A stretch of DNA of 64,000 nucleotides from Candidatus Saccharimonadota bacterium (GCA_016700315.1 CP065013.1:705449-769448), one strand, 5' to 3'; counted from the first letter of the stretch, positions 7,781 through 18,695 are shown. Program-made: numbers and translations. The notes: generated by a model from the sequence alone, not told the origin.

Positions 7781-9061
7781 ATGGCATTTGTGGATATAGC
7801 AAAGGTTTTGGTGAGCGCTGGCAGTGGCGGCAATGGGCTGGTTAGTTTTAGACGTGAGAAGTTTGTAGCTCGTGGTGGCCCAGATGGAGGCGACGGCGGC
7901 GATGGCGGTGACATAGTTTGTATGGCGAGCAACAGCGAAGACACTCTAGCAAAGTTTCGCTACCAGAAAGAATTAAAAGCCGAAGACGGCAAACCGGGCG
8001 AGCCAAATAAGCGGCATGGACGCTCGGCTCATGACCTGATAGTACGTGTGCCCGTCGGCACAACGGTTGTCGATGAAGGCGGCCGTATTTTGGCTGATCT
8101 TACTTATGCGGGCCAGATGGAAGTTATTGCTGCTGGTGGAAAAGGCGGCTACGGCAATGCGCATTTTAAGAGCAGTGTCCGACAAGCGCCAAAAGTCGCA
8201 GAAAAAGGCGAACCGGGCGAGACTTTTGCAGCTGTATTTGAGATAAAAATGATTGCAGATGTAGGCCTTGTGGGGCTACCAAATGCCGGCAAGTCTACGC
8301 TTCTTGCCAAGAACTCAAACGCCAATCCAGAAGTAGCTAATTATGCTTTTACCACACTGACACCGAACTTAGGTGTGATTGATTTGGGTCATGACACCTC
8401 TTTTCTGATGGCTGACATTCCGGGTTTGATCGAAGGAGCAAGTAGCGGGAAGGGCTTGGGAGACGAATTTTTGCGTCACGTCGAGCGTACGAAAGTTCTG
8501 CTTCATCTTATCGATTGCTGGAGCGATGATGTCGTGGCCGACTACAAAACTATCGACAAAGAACTAAAAGATTATAGCCAAGATCTTGCCAAAAAACCTC
8601 GTTTGATTGTGCTAACAAAGATCGACGGGCTCGACGACGATATTGTCGAGGATCAGATTGCAAAACTGACAGAAGTTTTGCCCAAGAAAGCCGCGGTTTA
8701 TGCAATCTCATCTCACGACGGCAACGGGATCAAAAAACTGTTTGGCGAGGCGATGAAAATTGTCGAAAAGTCTCGAAGAGCCGAGCAAAAAGCGCAAGAC
8801 GAAAAAGAAGCTGCTATCCCAGTTATCACCGCCGGCGAAGACCGTCGGCCTTGGACTGTCGAGCAAACAGAAAAAGGTTACCTAATTAGTAGTGATAAGT
8901 TTAGTCGTTTTGCGAGGCGAACCGACTTCGATAACGAAGACGGCGTTTATAGACTGCGCGATATCCTTAGGCGTAATGGTGTGCTGAAAGAGCTTGAGAA
9001 GCAGGGCATTGAACCGGGTGACAAGATCATTATCGGAACTAGCGGTGAAATAACATACTAG
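7781..9061 (+). CDS. obg: GTPase Obg/CgtA
   Basis: 426 aa. Obg fold N-terminus (FVD...GGNGLVSFRREKF...GGPDGGDGGDGG), G1 GLPNAGKST, G3 DIPGLIEGA, G4 TKID, plus a C-terminal TGS-like extension. Confidence 0.95.
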   Translation: MAFVDIAKVLVSAGSGGNGLVSFRREKFVARGGPDGGDGGDGGDIVCMASNSEDTLAKFRYQKELKAEDGKPGEPNKRHGRSAHDLIVRVPVGTTVVDEGGRILADLTYAGQMEVIAAGGKGGYGNAHFKSSVRQAPKVAEKGEPGETFAAVFEIKMIADVGLVGLPNAGKSTLLAKNSNANPEVANYAFTTLTPNLGVIDLGHDTSFLMADIPGLIEGASSGKGLGDEFLRHVERTKVLLHLIDCWSDDVVADYKTIDKELKDYSQDLAKKPRLIVLTKIDGLDDDIVEDQIAKLTEVLPKKAAVYAISSHDGNGIKKLFGEAMKIVEKSRRAEQKAQDEKEAAIPVITAGEDRRPWTVEQTEKGYLISSDKFSRFARRTDFDNEDGVYRLRDILRRNGVLKELEKQGIEPGDKIIIGTSGEITY

Positions 9062-9063
9062 AT

Positions 9064-10488
9064 ATGAGAAATGAGCTTTACTTTTACGATCTAGAAACCA
9101 GCTCCGGTAGAGCTAGTGACGGTCGGATTATGCAGTTTGCTGGACAGCGTACTACCTTAGAGCTTGAGCCGATAGGCGAGCCTGATAACATCTTGGTCAA
9201 GCTAGCTTCAGATGCTTTGCCCGACCCTTTTGCCATATTAGTTCACGGTATAACGCCGCAACGCGCCAATGCTGAAGGAATCAGCGAGGCTGAGTTGGTT
9301 GGTTATTTCAACAAAGAAATCGCTAAGCCCGGAACAATATTCGTTGGCTATAACAGCGTGCGCTTCGATGATGAATTTATGAGGCGATTGTTCTATAGGT
9401 GCCTGCGCGACCCATATGAGTGGCAGTGGAAGGACAGACGAAGCCGCTGGGATTTACTAGATCCGATCAGGATGATGCGCGCACTTCGGCCGGAGGGGCT
9501 AGAGTGGCCATTCGCTTCCGATGGTAAACCGACGGTTTCGCTGACTTCGATGACGGCAGTCAATAATATTGAGCACTCAAATGCTCATGACGCACTTGCT
9601 GATATTCAAGCTTTGATTGAGGTGGCTCGTAAGTTTAGGAATGCTCAACCCAAACTATTTGAATATCTGCTACAAATGCGCGATAAGAAAAAAGTAGCAG
9701 CTTTGGTCTCTGCCAACCAGCCTTTTGTGTATACCAGCGGTAAGTATGCCTCGGAATTTAATAAAACAACCGTTGCTGTGAAGCTGCTGGAACACTACAG
9801 TCGAGATGGCGTTGTTGTGGTTTATGATTTGAGATTTGATCCTACCGGGCTGTCAAAGTTGTCGGCACTTGAGATTGCGCAAAAGTGGCGCAGCCGCGAC
9901 CCTGAAGACCGATTGCCGCTTAAAACCTTGCAGTTCAACCGCTGTCCGGCAGTGGCTCCGATAAGCGTTCTGGACGAATCTTGCAAAGCCAGATTGGCGA
10001 TTGATATGTCGTTAGTAAGTCTCAACCAGCAGAAACTAAAGGATCTTGGCCAAGAATTTATCGACAAAATTTCTGAAGCTGTCAGGCTGCTGGACAAAGA
10101 GCAGTCCGAGCTTTTTGCGAGTAGTCCGGACGTCGACGACTCGATCTATGATGGGTTTTGGAGCGACCAGCAGAAACGTCAGCTCAACCAATTGCTCTCA
10201 ACCGACATAAAAAACCTAATCTCCCAAGCCGAGAGTTTTGGCGATCCGAAGATTAACGAGCTGGCCTTTCGTTACGTAGCTAGAAACTTTCCAAAAATGC
10301 TGACTGATCTGCAAGCAGAATCATGGGAGAAAAAACGCTCAGACTTGCTAATGGCGGGTGCCGAAAAATCTAGATTAGCAAAATTTGGTTTGAAACTAGC
10401 CGAGGCACTCAAGCAGGCAAATACCGAAAACCAGAAGTACTTACTTGGCGAACTTCAGCTGTATGCCGAATCGATCTTGCCTTATTAA
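9064..10488 (+). CDS. sbcB: exodeoxyribonuclease I
   Basis: 474 aa. DEDDh exonuclease motifs (FYDLETS, GYNSVRFDDEF, HDALADI) with the ExoI-type C-terminal domain. Confidence 0.85.
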   Translation: MRNELYFYDLETSSGRASDGRIMQFAGQRTTLELEPIGEPDNILVKLASDALPDPFAILVHGITPQRANAEGISEAELVGYFNKEIAKPGTIFVGYNSVRFDDEFMRRLFYRCLRDPYEWQWKDRRSRWDLLDPIRMMRALRPEGLEWPFASDGKPTVSLTSMTAVNNIEHSNAHDALADIQALIEVARKFRNAQPKLFEYLLQMRDKKKVAALVSANQPFVYTSGKYASEFNKTTVAVKLLEHYSRDGVVVVYDLRFDPTGLSKLSALEIAQKWRSRDPEDRLPLKTLQFNRCPAVAPISVLDESCKARLAIDMSLVSLNQQKLKDLGQEFIDKISEAVRLLDKEQSELFASSPDVDDSIYDGFWSDQQKRQLNQLLSTDIKNLISQAESFGDPKINELAFRYVARNFPKMLTDLQAESWEKKRSDLLMAGAEKSRLAKFGLKLAEALKQANTENQKYLLGELQLYAESILPY

Positions 10489-10497
10489 TTTGGGGAA

Positions 10498-10683
10498 CTA
10501 GGCTTTGTAAAGATCTGTTTTTTGTTGACCAAGCTTTTTAAATTCTTGGTACTCTGGCAGTAATCGATAGTGCACGTAAGATTCAATTATTGTCAAAACC
10601 AAAACCAATAGTATTAATACTTGCCAGAACTCAATCTGGATAGAAGTGCCGGGGATAATACCTAGAACCAAAAATTTTAGCAT
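10498..10683 (-). CDS. small hydrophobic protein (61 aa)
   Basis: The ORF has two hydrophobic stretches. No homology is recognisable. Confidence 0.4.
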   Translation of the reverse strand: MLKFLVLGIIPGTSIQIEFWQVLILLVLVLTIIESYVHYRLLPEYQEFKKLGQQKTDLYKA

Positions 10684-10804
10684 CTCTCTTTATTCCTCTT
10701 TTTGGTTTTAAGTGCAGGCTGTTTTGACTGCAAAAAAACCAACTTTTATGAAATGCATTGTATCACAAACTAGCATAAAAAGCAATAGGCTTTTAGAGAA
10801 AGCT

Positions 10805-11236
10805 TTAGCGTTTAGGTTTACGAGTTACGAAATTAGTAAATTTTTCTAGGCGTTTTCGGTTGAGTAGCAGCAAACTAATGCAGAAAAAAACGACCATAAA
10901 CCCAATGGTGTCTAGCCAAAGCTTAGTGGTTTTGTATTTTACTAGTGTTGCGCCAGCGAGTAAAAAGAGACCCAGTAGATCATATAAAAGATAGCGACGT
11001 TTGTTATCTGGGAAAACAATATCATAAAGACGTGTGCCGTTAGTCTTGATATTGTGCAACATCCGCTCGGCCCATTCATGATTAGTCGCAAGTAGCCCTA
11101 GGCCAGCTAGAAGCACGGGGATACCGCCTGGTCCAGGCAGCCAGCCTACCAGGCCGGAAGCTAGGATAAGCCCAAAGCCAGCAATATCTACCAAAACTCT
11201 CTTCCAGAACGGCCGCTCTTGCTTTAGTTTTGTCAT
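10805..11236 (-). CDS. membrane protein with PGPGW-type motif
   Basis: 143 aa. WLPGPGGIPVLLAGLGLLA...EWA resembles the PGPGW transmembrane family. Four hydrophobic segments. Confidence 0.6.
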   Translation of the reverse strand: MTKLKQERPFWKRVLVDIAGFGLILASGLVGWLPGPGGIPVLLAGLGLLATNHEWAERMLHNIKTNGTRLYDIVFPDNKRRYLLYDLLGLFLLAGATLVKYKTTKLWLDTIGFMVVFFCISLLLLNRKRLEKFTNFVTRKPKR

Positions 11237-11328
11237 ACAAACAGTATAGCGTAGTAAATTTGTAAAATTTTATTGAAAACCAGGCTTACGAGGAGTATCC
11301 TAGCCTTAGATAAAGGGAGAAATAAAAA

Positions 11329-12228
11329 ATGGGAAAAAACCGAAGGTGGACCGCTGCACGTAGTAATTTGCCCGCTAATATAAGAGATAACAGAAATACT
11401 GTTGTCCGTGGTGAGGTTTTGCCGCATCGTGATTTCTTTATTCCTGCTTTTTTTGTAAGACGGCACCTACACCCCGATGAGGCAGCAAAAGATTTCCATA
11501 CTGCGTTAACTGCTTATTGCAAAAAAAGACCGTATGAACCTTATGAATTATCTAAAATGGGTATAACTATCCTGGGTATGCGGGCGCTGCAAGATGCTTT
11601 CAGAGTCGCAGATGTTGCCCCAGAACCCAAAGAAATGCTAAATTTGGCAAAAAATGTAAGAGAACATGTTGCTGAAGTCGTAAAGTCCAAACCACATTTA
11701 TTGACTGTTGCAATGGGGAATATTGCAGTTTTCGGTAATAATAATGTATTATCAGCTACGCTACAAGGTTGGAAAGGTTTTGGTAAGCACTATGCACCAA
11801 AGAACGATGACGGTTCGCTAGCAGATAAGCCCCAAATCGTTAGAGAAATAAACGCTACAGTAGCTGAAGTTGTTCAATTTGTTTCTGGCGGTCCCAATAG
11901 TAAAGGGGACTACACAGAAGTAGATATGTCTGTAATCGTAAAACAAACACCTCACTTTTCATTTGCAAAAAAAGTTAAGGGTAAAGGTGTAACAAATGAT
12001 GAAAGAGCTACGATTGCGGGTGAAGTAGAAGAATTCATGCCGCCTGAACTAAGATTTTTTGATCCTGTAGTGCATCTCGCATTAGAACGACAAACCAGAG
12101 GTGGGTACACAAACAATATGAGTGTAGCCGATATAACTAATGCCGGTTTGTATGTGCGTCGTCCGAAATTTGATAGTTTTGTGGGTGGACAAGAATTGCG
12201 GGCAAGCCTTACAAGACGCGCCGCATGA
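11329..12228 (+). CDS. hypothetical protein (299 aa)
   Basis: Long ORF with an AGGGAG Shine-Dalgarno sequence 8 nt upstream of the ATG. No domain recognised. Confidence 0.6.
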   Translation: MGKNRRWTAARSNLPANIRDNRNTVVRGEVLPHRDFFIPAFFVRRHLHPDEAAKDFHTALTAYCKKRPYEPYELSKMGITILGMRALQDAFRVADVAPEPKEMLNLAKNVREHVAEVVKSKPHLLTVAMGNIAVFGNNNVLSATLQGWKGFGKHYAPKNDDGSLADKPQIVREINATVAEVVQFVSGGPNSKGDYTEVDMSVIVKQTPHFSFAKKVKGKGVTNDERATIAGEVEEFMPPELRFFDPVVHLALERQTRGGYTNNMSVADITNAGLYVRRPKFDSFVGGQELRASLTRRAA

Positions 12229-12238
12229 TGATGTCGCT

Positions 12239-12268
12239 TTGACCGGATAAGCTGTTCGAGGGTATAAT
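12239..12268 (+). promoter_or_regulatory. promoter TTGACC-18-TATAAT, with the -10 8 nt from the uvrA ATG
   Basis: TTGACC at 12239-12244, TATAAT at 12263-12268, ATG at 12277. Confidence 0.5.
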
Positions 12269-12276
12269 TAACTGAT

Positions 12277-15087
12277 ATGTCTGAGGTGATTTCGGTTCAG
12301 GGTGCTCGTGAGCATAACCTGAAAAATATTAGCGTTACACTGCCGCGCGAGAAGCTGGTTGTGATTACTGGCTTGTCGGGCTCCGGCAAGTCTTCTTTGG
12401 CATTTGATACGATTTATGCCGAAGGGCAGAGGCGATATGTCGAAAGCCTTAGTGCCTACGCAAGGCAGTTTTTAGGCCTCATGGAAAAACCAGATGTAGA
12501 CCAGATAGATGGTTTAAGTCCGGCAATTAGTATTGACCAGAAATCGACCAGCCGTAATCCACGCTCAACCGTCGCAACCGTTACCGAAATTTATGACTAT
12601 TTGCGTCTGTTGTATGCCCGAATTGGTATCGCTCACGGCCCGGATGGCAAGCCGATCAAGCAGATGACAGTCGAGGAAATAAGTGATGGAGTACGCAATT
12701 TGCCAGAAGGCCACCGCTTGATGGTGCTAGCCCCTGTAGTAGTTGATAAAAAAGGTGAGCATGCCCACATTCCAGAGCTTTACACTCGCCAAGGCTACGC
12801 TCGGGCCCGAATCGACGGCGTAATTTATGCTCTAGATGAGTTTCCTGAATTAGATAAAAAGTACAAACACTCAATCGAAATAGTAGTTGATCGTGTCGTT
12901 AATGATGATGATTCGGCTAGTCGAATTTTCCAAAGTGTTGAGGCGGCACTGCAACTTGCAGAGGGACAACTGACCATCATCGATGCTGATGACGCAGACA
13001 AAATTCATCATTTTTCTCAGCGTTACTACAACGAGGATTACCCGGATTTTGTGGCGCCAATCATGGAGCCGAGGACGTTCAGCTTTAATAGCCCGCATGG
13101 CGCATGCCCTACATGCACAGGTCTTGGCAATCGGCTAGAGATTGACACCGAGCTAGTCATTCCAAATGGTAATCTGACAATTTTAGAAGGCGCCATCAGG
13201 CCCTATAACCGCATGGCGCCAGATGCCTGGAACGTCAAAAAAATGCAAGCCGTAGCTGATCGCTATAAGTTTGATCTGTCGACACCGACTGGGCAAATGC
13301 GAGCCGGTGACCTACAAAAAATACTTTATGGCACTGGTGACGAGACATTTCGGGTTAGCTTAAGCTACGGCCGCTTTTTTAATACGACATACGAAGGCGT
13401 CATTCCAAACTTAGAGCGACGCCACAAAGAAACAGACAGTGACTTTATGCGCCGAGAAATTGAGAGATTCATGGTTGAAAAACCTTGTTTTGCTTGCGGC
13501 GGCAAAAGATTAAAACCAGAGGTTTTGGCGGTGACGGTTGCCGATCGATCGATCATGGACATCTGTGGTTTAGCGGTTGACCAAGCTGTTGAGTTCTTTG
13601 ACGGCCTAAAACTGAGCGAAAAAGACACCAAAATCGTCGCCCAAGTTCTGAAAGAGATCAAGGCAAGACTAGGCTTTTTGAATGAAGTCGGGCTAAATTA
13701 CCTAACTTTAGCGCGTGGAGCTAACTCTTTAAGTGGCGGCGAAGCTCAGCGTATAAGGCTTGCCACGCAGATTGGTAGTGGCTTACAGGGGGTGTTGTAC
13801 GTTCTAGACGAACCTTCGATTGGGCTTCATCAGCGCGACAACGAGAAACTTATCAACACCTTAAAGCGACTGCGCGATATCGGTAACTCTGTCATAGTTG
13901 TGGAGCACGATGAGGATACCATCCGAACGGCGGATTATCTGCTAGACATCGGGCCGGGAGCTGGCGTTCACGGTGGGCAAGTAATCGCAGAAGGCACACC
14001 GTCTCAGGTCGAGAAAGTTCCCGCCAGCATAACCGGTAAATATCTTCGAGGCGAACTAAAAGTTGAGGTGCCTAAATCGCGCCGAAAGTGCAACGGCAAA
14101 AGTCTTGAGATCAAAAATGCCCGTGAGCATAATCTCAAAAATCTTGATGTCAAGATTCCTCTCGGCAAACTGGTCGTAGTCAGCGGTGTTTCTGGTTCGG
14201 GTAAGAGTACGTTGATTAACGATATCTTGGCAAAAGAACTCCATGCTCGCCTGCATAATGCCCATGAGCCTGCGGGCCGCCATGACGATGTCTTGGGTTC
14301 TGAAAACCTCGACAAAGTGATTATTATTGACCAATCGCCGATTGGAAGGACGCCGCGTAGTAACCCTGCAACTTACGTCGGCTTATTTACGCCTATACGG
14401 GAGCTTTTTGCTAGTACGCCTGAGGCCAAGATCCGTGGCTACAAAGCCGGCCGCTTCAGCTTTAATGTTCGTGGCGGACGCTGCGAAACTTGCCAGGGAG
14501 ATGGCACGATCAAGATAGAAATGCATTTCTTGCCGGATGTCTATGTACCGTGTGAGACCTGCTCAGGCAAGCGCTACAATCGTGAGGCGCTCGAGATTCA
14601 CTACAAGGGTAAAACCATTAGTGACATTTTGGCGATGACGATTGAAGAAGGGGCTGAATTTTTCGCTAATATTCCTAGTATTGCCAACAAACTAGAGACA
14701 CTAGTCAAGGTTGGTCTGGGCTATATGACACTTGGTCAATCAGCCACGACATTATCTGGTGGCGAAGCTCAGCGTGTTAAGTTAGCGACTGAGCTGTCGC
14801 GGCGAGCGACTGGTCGAACCCTTTACATCTTAGACGAGCCAACAACCGGGTTGCACATGGACGATGTCAATCGCCTGCTACAAGTGCTTCACGCCTTGGT
14901 TGACACAGGCAACAGCATGATAATCATTGAGCATAACCTCGATGTGATAAAATCAGCCGATTGGCTTATCGATATGGGCCCTGAGGGTGGCGAGGGAGGC
15001 GGGCAGGTTGTCGCGGAAGGTACTCCCGAACAGGTCGCAGCTAATAAGGCATCATATACCGGGCATTTTCTTAAACACTCACTTTAA
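12277..15087 (+). CDS. uvrA: excinuclease ABC subunit A
   Basis: 936 aa. Two ABC ATPase modules (GLSGSGKSS / [17 protein letters not shown] twice) and zinc-finger Cys clusters. Confidence 0.97.
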   Translation: MSEVISVQGAREHNLKNISVTLPREKLVVITGLSGSGKSSLAFDTIYAEGQRRYVESLSAYARQFLGLMEKPDVDQIDGLSPAISIDQKSTSRNPRSTVATVTEIYDYLRLLYARIGIAHGPDGKPIKQMTVEEISDGVRNLPEGHRLMVLAPVVVDKKGEHAHIPELYTRQGYARARIDGVIYALDEFPELDKKYKHSIEIVVDRVVNDDDSASRIFQSVEAALQLAEGQLTIIDADDADKIHHFSQRYYNEDYPDFVAPIMEPRTFSFNSPHGACPTCTGLGNRLEIDTELVIPNGNLTILEGAIRPYNRMAPDAWNVKKMQAVADRYKFDLSTPTGQMRAGDLQKILYGTGDETFRVSLSYGRFFNTTYEGVIPNLERRHKETDSDFMRREIERFMVEKPCFACGGKRLKPEVLAVTVADRSIMDICGLAVDQAVEFFDGLKLSEKDTKIVAQVLKEIKARLGFLNEVGLNYLTLARGANSLSGGEAQRIRLATQIGSGLQGVLYVLDEPSIGLHQRDNEKLINTLKRLRDIGNSVIVVEHDEDTIRTADYLLDIGPGAGVHGGQVIAEGTPSQVEKVPASITGKYLRGELKVEVPKSRRKCNGKSLEIKNAREHNLKNLDVKIPLGKLVVVSGVSGSGKSTLINDILAKELHARLHNAHEPAGRHDDVLGSENLDKVIIIDQSPIGRTPRSNPATYVGLFTPIRELFASTPEAKIRGYKAGRFSFNVRGGRCETCQGDGTIKIEMHFLPDVYVPCETCSGKRYNREALEIHYKGKTISDILAMTIEEGAEFFANIPSIANKLETLVKVGLGYMTLGQSATTLSGGEAQRVKLATELSRRATGRTLYILDEPTTGLHMDDVNRLLQVLHALVDTGNSMIIIEHNLDVIKSADWLIDMGPEGGEGGGQVVAEGTPEQVAANKASYTGHFLKHSL

Positions 15088-15130
15088 CTTTTAGTCGAAA
15101 AGTATTACACTTATACTTGGAAGTCAAAAA

Positions 15131-16717
15131 ATGAAAATAAACATTATTAAAAGGGTGAAAAATTTATTCTTTGCTCTAGCTCTAATACTGCCAACTATTT
15201 TTGTAGTTGCCCCTGCCGGTGCAGTTGCTACACCGTTCATTACGACTTGGAAGACTGATAACGAAGGCGTGACTGCGCCCAATCAGATTGCTATTCCAGT
15301 TAATCCGGCTGAGAGCTACGATTACACCGTTAGCTGGGGTGACGGTAGCTCTGATTCAAATGTTAACGGGTCAATTGTGCATACTTATGCTTCGCCCGGC
15401 ACGTACACCGTAAAAATTAGTGGGCAATTCCCAAGGATTTATTTTGCTGATGGCGGCGATCGAGCGAAGATCTTGAGTGTTGTGCAGTGGGGTAGCATTG
15501 CCTGGTCATCTGGCGAAGCGGCATTCAAAGGAGCGACCAATCTGGTGATAAATGCTCGCGACGCTCCAGACCTAACTCGTGTCAAAAGTCTAACCTACAT
15601 GTTTCAAAATGCAAAATCTTTAACAGGTGGGGTTGAAAACTGGAATGTTGCCGGTGTGGAGGGCTTTGGTTATATGTTTGCAGGGGCGACTAATTTTAAC
15701 GCAAACATCAGTGGCTGGAATATGAGCAGTGCCGTTAATACGGAGTACATGTTTTCTCAGGCAGGTTCGTTCAACCAAAATATCAGCGGTTGGAACACTA
15801 GTCGACTGGGAAATGCTAAGGGAATGTTTTTTGGTGCCAGCTCGTTTAATCAATCCCTCAACAATTGGAACCTGAGTCGGGTTTTCAACGTTGAAGATAT
15901 GTTTCGTAATGCTGCCGCTTATGACCAATCAATATCGAAATGGAATATTGGCAATATAACCTACATCTCACGCTTACTTAATGGTTCCACGCTATCCACA
16001 AGCGCCTATGACCAAATGCTAGACACTTGGGCAACGAATCAAACAGCCAGCAATGTAGTATTCGATGCAGGTAGGAGTATGTATTGTACATCAGCCAGTG
16101 CTCGGGATCATTTGATAAACAAGCTAGGCTGGAAGATAACTGATGGTGGAGCAGACAACGTTTTCTGTGGCGGTGTCGATGTTAGCTTTGTTAGTCTACC
16201 AGCACTGAAAGAAAACCAAGCAGCTGGGTCGTTGGTAGGAAAACTCTCAGTGAATTCTAGTCTCGGTAGTAATTTCGATATATCAATCTGCCCAAACAAC
16301 CCTTCCGATAGCAGATTCTTCGAGTTAAATAATTCTAATCTCTACACTAAGCGGAGCTTTGATTATGAAACTCCGCTAGATGAGAACAAGGACAACTATT
16401 ACGAAGTGTGTATAAAGATAACCAGCGCAAGTACCGGAGCTTCCATACAAAAGTATGTCTTAGTTGGTGTTGGTGATACGGCGGATACTGATCAGCAGGC
16501 AGGCGGGGTGGGCAGTGGTAATGGCGGTACGGGGCAAGTACTTGGAACGTCAACAGCAGAAGCGTCTACCAAGCCTTCGGCCAGCAATTCCACGGGTAAG
16601 GTGCTTGGTGCTACCGGAGTGGCTGTGGGATTAGCCGGAATCTACTATGGACTGAGCTTGACCAGTTTTGGCCTTGTCCTGAAGCGCCGCCCTCGACGCC
16701 ATAAAAGGTACGAGTAA
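15131..16717 (+). CDS. surface protein: BspA-type (DUF285-like) repeats plus a cadherin-like domain and a C-terminal LGATG sorting signal
   Basis: 528 aa. Signal peptide, W..GDGS...H.Y...G.Y.V.I.G head, repeated F.GA..FN..IS.WN units, cadherin-like block (ENQAAGSLVGKL...FDYE). C-terminus is LGATG (16604-16618) followed by a hydrophobic stretch and an RRPRRHKR tail. Confidence 0.8.
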   Translation: MKINIIKRVKNLFFALALILPTIFVVAPAGAVATPFITTWKTDNEGVTAPNQIAIPVNPAESYDYTVSWGDGSSDSNVNGSIVHTYASPGTYTVKISGQFPRIYFADGGDRAKILSVVQWGSIAWSSGEAAFKGATNLVINARDAPDLTRVKSLTYMFQNAKSLTGGVENWNVAGVEGFGYMFAGATNFNANISGWNMSSAVNTEYMFSQAGSFNQNISGWNTSRLGNAKGMFFGASSFNQSLNNWNLSRVFNVEDMFRNAAAYDQSISKWNIGNITYISRLLNGSTLSTSAYDQMLDTWATNQTASNVVFDAGRSMYCTSASARDHLINKLGWKITDGGADNVFCGGVDVSFVSLPALKENQAAGSLVGKLSVNSSLGSNFDISICPNNPSDSRFFELNNSNLYTKRSFDYETPLDENKDNYYEVCIKITSASTGASIQKYVLVGVGDTADTDQQAGGVGSGNGGTGQVLGTSTAEASTKPSASNSTGKVLGATGVAVGLAGIYYGLSLTSFGLVLKRRPRRHKRYE

Positions 16718-16916
16718 TTATCAACTCGGTTAAGTCGAAAGCTGTTTAAAACGTTAGCATTTTTGAAAATTTTGTGCTACAATCTTTTTAGTGTGATAAA
16801 AATCACAAACTAAAATTTAAAAGGAAAAAGAAAAGTATCTCTTATGCACAAGCAGCGTTACGTACTTTCGGTGTTCACCTACGACACGATCAACAGCTAA
16901 ACAAAAAACAAATCGC

Positions 16917-17930
16917 ATGAAAAATCATGCCCGAGCTCTACGGAGCAATTATCAAACCTTTACAAGGCGCAGCCATCGCCTCAATCCACAGTTGCGCAGG
17001 ACTTTGTTTGGCCGAAAATTAAGTGAGCTAAAAAGCGAAGAAAACGCCAAACTTTCATCAGATTACGAACAAGACATTGATCGTTTCATAGATCTAGTTT
17101 CAGAGCTTGCCCCGAAAACTATCAATATTACCAAAAACGTCGCACCCCGTAGATCACTTTTTAAGCGTACGATAGCTAGCCCTTATCATCACAAAAATCG
17201 TGAAATTCGTTACCAACCAAAAACGGTGGATCAAAAAGCTGAATCTCTGATAAAGCGCCGCAAGAGTAGCCAAAGAAAACTGAATTATAGACATACGCGC
17301 TTAAAATTGTCAGCAGCCTTCGCAGTTCTTCTGATTGTTGCTACGTCTGGTTACTTCTTTAACGCCAAACATTCAAACCGCTCACTACTTAGTCGTCTGT
17401 ATCCTACTCTATCTAGTGTGAATGGTCCCCCAATCGACATATCAGCTACACCGGCAGTATTGGGTGCAAACATCGAGCCAAAGAATCCTGACAGGGTTCC
17501 TTCAACACTTAACATACCTGCACTAGGCATGTCGGCTGCTATCGAACCAGTAGGAGCGCATGAAAACGGCACGGTCGGTCAGACTCAAGATCGGCGCAAA
17601 GTAGGTTGGTATATGGGAAGCGCGCCAACTAATGCTAATTCGACTGTTCTACTGGTCGGGTATCGTTTTGGTGACACACCCATTTTCTCGAAAATTGATC
17701 AGCTCAAGACAGGCGATGTGATCGAGGTACGAAATCACGGTGGAGATAGTAAGTGGTACAAAATACAGACGATTGACTTCTACGCCGCAAAAGACTCGCC
17801 ACTTTACCGACTAGTCACAGAGAACCAAGGCGAGAGCCTGGTAATTGCCTCAAATAATGGTGTTTGGGACGATTATAAAAATCAGTTTAGTGAAAGGATT
17901 ATTATCGTTTCTAAACCCGTAGACAATTAG
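16917..17930 (+). CDS. sortase-fold (class E/F-like) membrane protein with non-canonical active-site residues
   Basis: 337 aa. Basic N-terminal region, one TM segment, then LNIPALGMSAAIEPVG...VGWY...VLLVGYRF...GDVIEV...WYKI...LVIASNNG...ERIIIV. This aligns with sortase blocks, but with Tyr249 for the His and Ser312 for the Cys. Arg327 is retained. Confidence 0.7.
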   Translation: MKNHARALRSNYQTFTRRSHRLNPQLRRTLFGRKLSELKSEENAKLSSDYEQDIDRFIDLVSELAPKTINITKNVAPRRSLFKRTIASPYHHKNREIRYQPKTVDQKAESLIKRRKSSQRKLNYRHTRLKLSAAFAVLLIVATSGYFFNAKHSNRSLLSRLYPTLSSVNGPPIDISATPAVLGANIEPKNPDRVPSTLNIPALGMSAAIEPVGAHENGTVGQTQDRRKVGWYMGSAPTNANSTVLLVGYRFGDTPIFSKIDQLKTGDVIEVRNHGGDSKWYKIQTIDFYAAKDSPLYRLVTENQGESLVIASNNGVWDDYKNQFSERIIIVSKPVDN

Positions 17931-18562
17931 CGCCTAAAAATTTGCTTAATTCTAGCAAAGAGTCTGTCTCTGGTTTCGGGGTCGCCCAAGATATGGGTAA
18001 TTGTTGGCAAAAAAGTGACTAAAGTGGCAATCCCAACCACTGGGAGTAGGTATTTGTCGATATCAGGAATCAACCCGCCTATGAAATAGCCCAAAAGCGT
18101 GACGCTAATACTCCATATTACTGCTCCTGCAACGTTATATATCATAAAACGTTTTGGATCCATCTTGGCGGCCCCAGCGACTATCGGCGCAAAGGTGCGC
18201 ACAATCGGAATAAATCTCGCCAGTGTCACGGTTTTACCACCATGACTTTCATAAAACTTCTCAGCTCTTTCTAAGTATTCTTGCCTAAAGATTATGCCAT
18301 CTTTCTTGCGAAATATTCTGTGGCCTGTTCGTCGGCCAATATGATAACCAAGATTATCGCCTGCGATTGCTGCAACTATCACAATGCCTATAACACCAAC
18401 CAGCGGTAATTTCCCTTGAGCAGCGAAGAAGCCAGCGCTCAAAAGCAGCGTGTCGCCCGGCAAAAAAAAGCCGATAAGCAGCCCGCTTTCGGCGAATACA
18501 ATCAGGCCTATCAGCAGCAGGCCGCCACTCTGAATTAAGTGCTCAGGGTTTAAAAAACTCAT
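17927..18562 (-). CDS. DedA family membrane protein
   Basis: 211 aa. FAESGLLIGFFLPGDTLLLSAG... and ...RFIPIVRTFAPIVAG blocks typical of DedA/SNARE-associated proteins. Confidence 0.85.
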   Translation of the reverse strand: MSFLNPEHLIQSGGLLLIGLIVFAESGLLIGFFLPGDTLLLSAGFFAAQGKLPLVGVIGIVIVAAIAGDNLGYHIGRRTGHRIFRKKDGIIFRQEYLERAEKFYESHGGKTVTLARFIPIVRTFAPIVAGAAKMDPKRFMIYNVAGAVIWSISVTLLGYFIGGLIPDIDKYLLPVVGIATLVTFLPTITHILGDPETRDRLFARIKQIFRR

Positions 18563-18634
18563 TTACACTCAGTATACTATCCCGACAATGACTTAGCCTA
18601 TGGTTCTTTTTTTCAAGAATAAAAATTATTGGTT

Positions 18635-18662
18635 TTGCGAGCGGCACTCAATCTGTTATAAT
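18635..18662 (+). promoter_or_regulatory. promoter TTGCGA-16-TATAAT upstream of rplY
   Basis: TTGCGA at 18635-18640, TATAAT at 18657-18662. An AAGAGGA Shine-Dalgarno sequence precedes the ATG at 18696. Confidence 0.5.
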
Positions 18663-18695
18663 ACTGTTTAACGAAAGAGGAATTAACTAACAATT

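Noticed and set aside
11233-11466. 77-aa minus-strand ORF overlapping the start of the 299-aa gene.
   Set aside because: It spans an intergenic promoter region and the 5' end of a better-supported plus-strand gene. Its composition is low-complexity.
16718-16916. A recurring AGTCGAAA string near several gene ends (15094, 16730, 19410, 54815), considered as a shared regulatory motif.
   Set aside because: Spacing to neighbouring -10-like hexamers and to gene boundaries is inconsistent, and an 8-mer recurring four times in 64 kb of AT-leaning sequence is not compelling without statistics.
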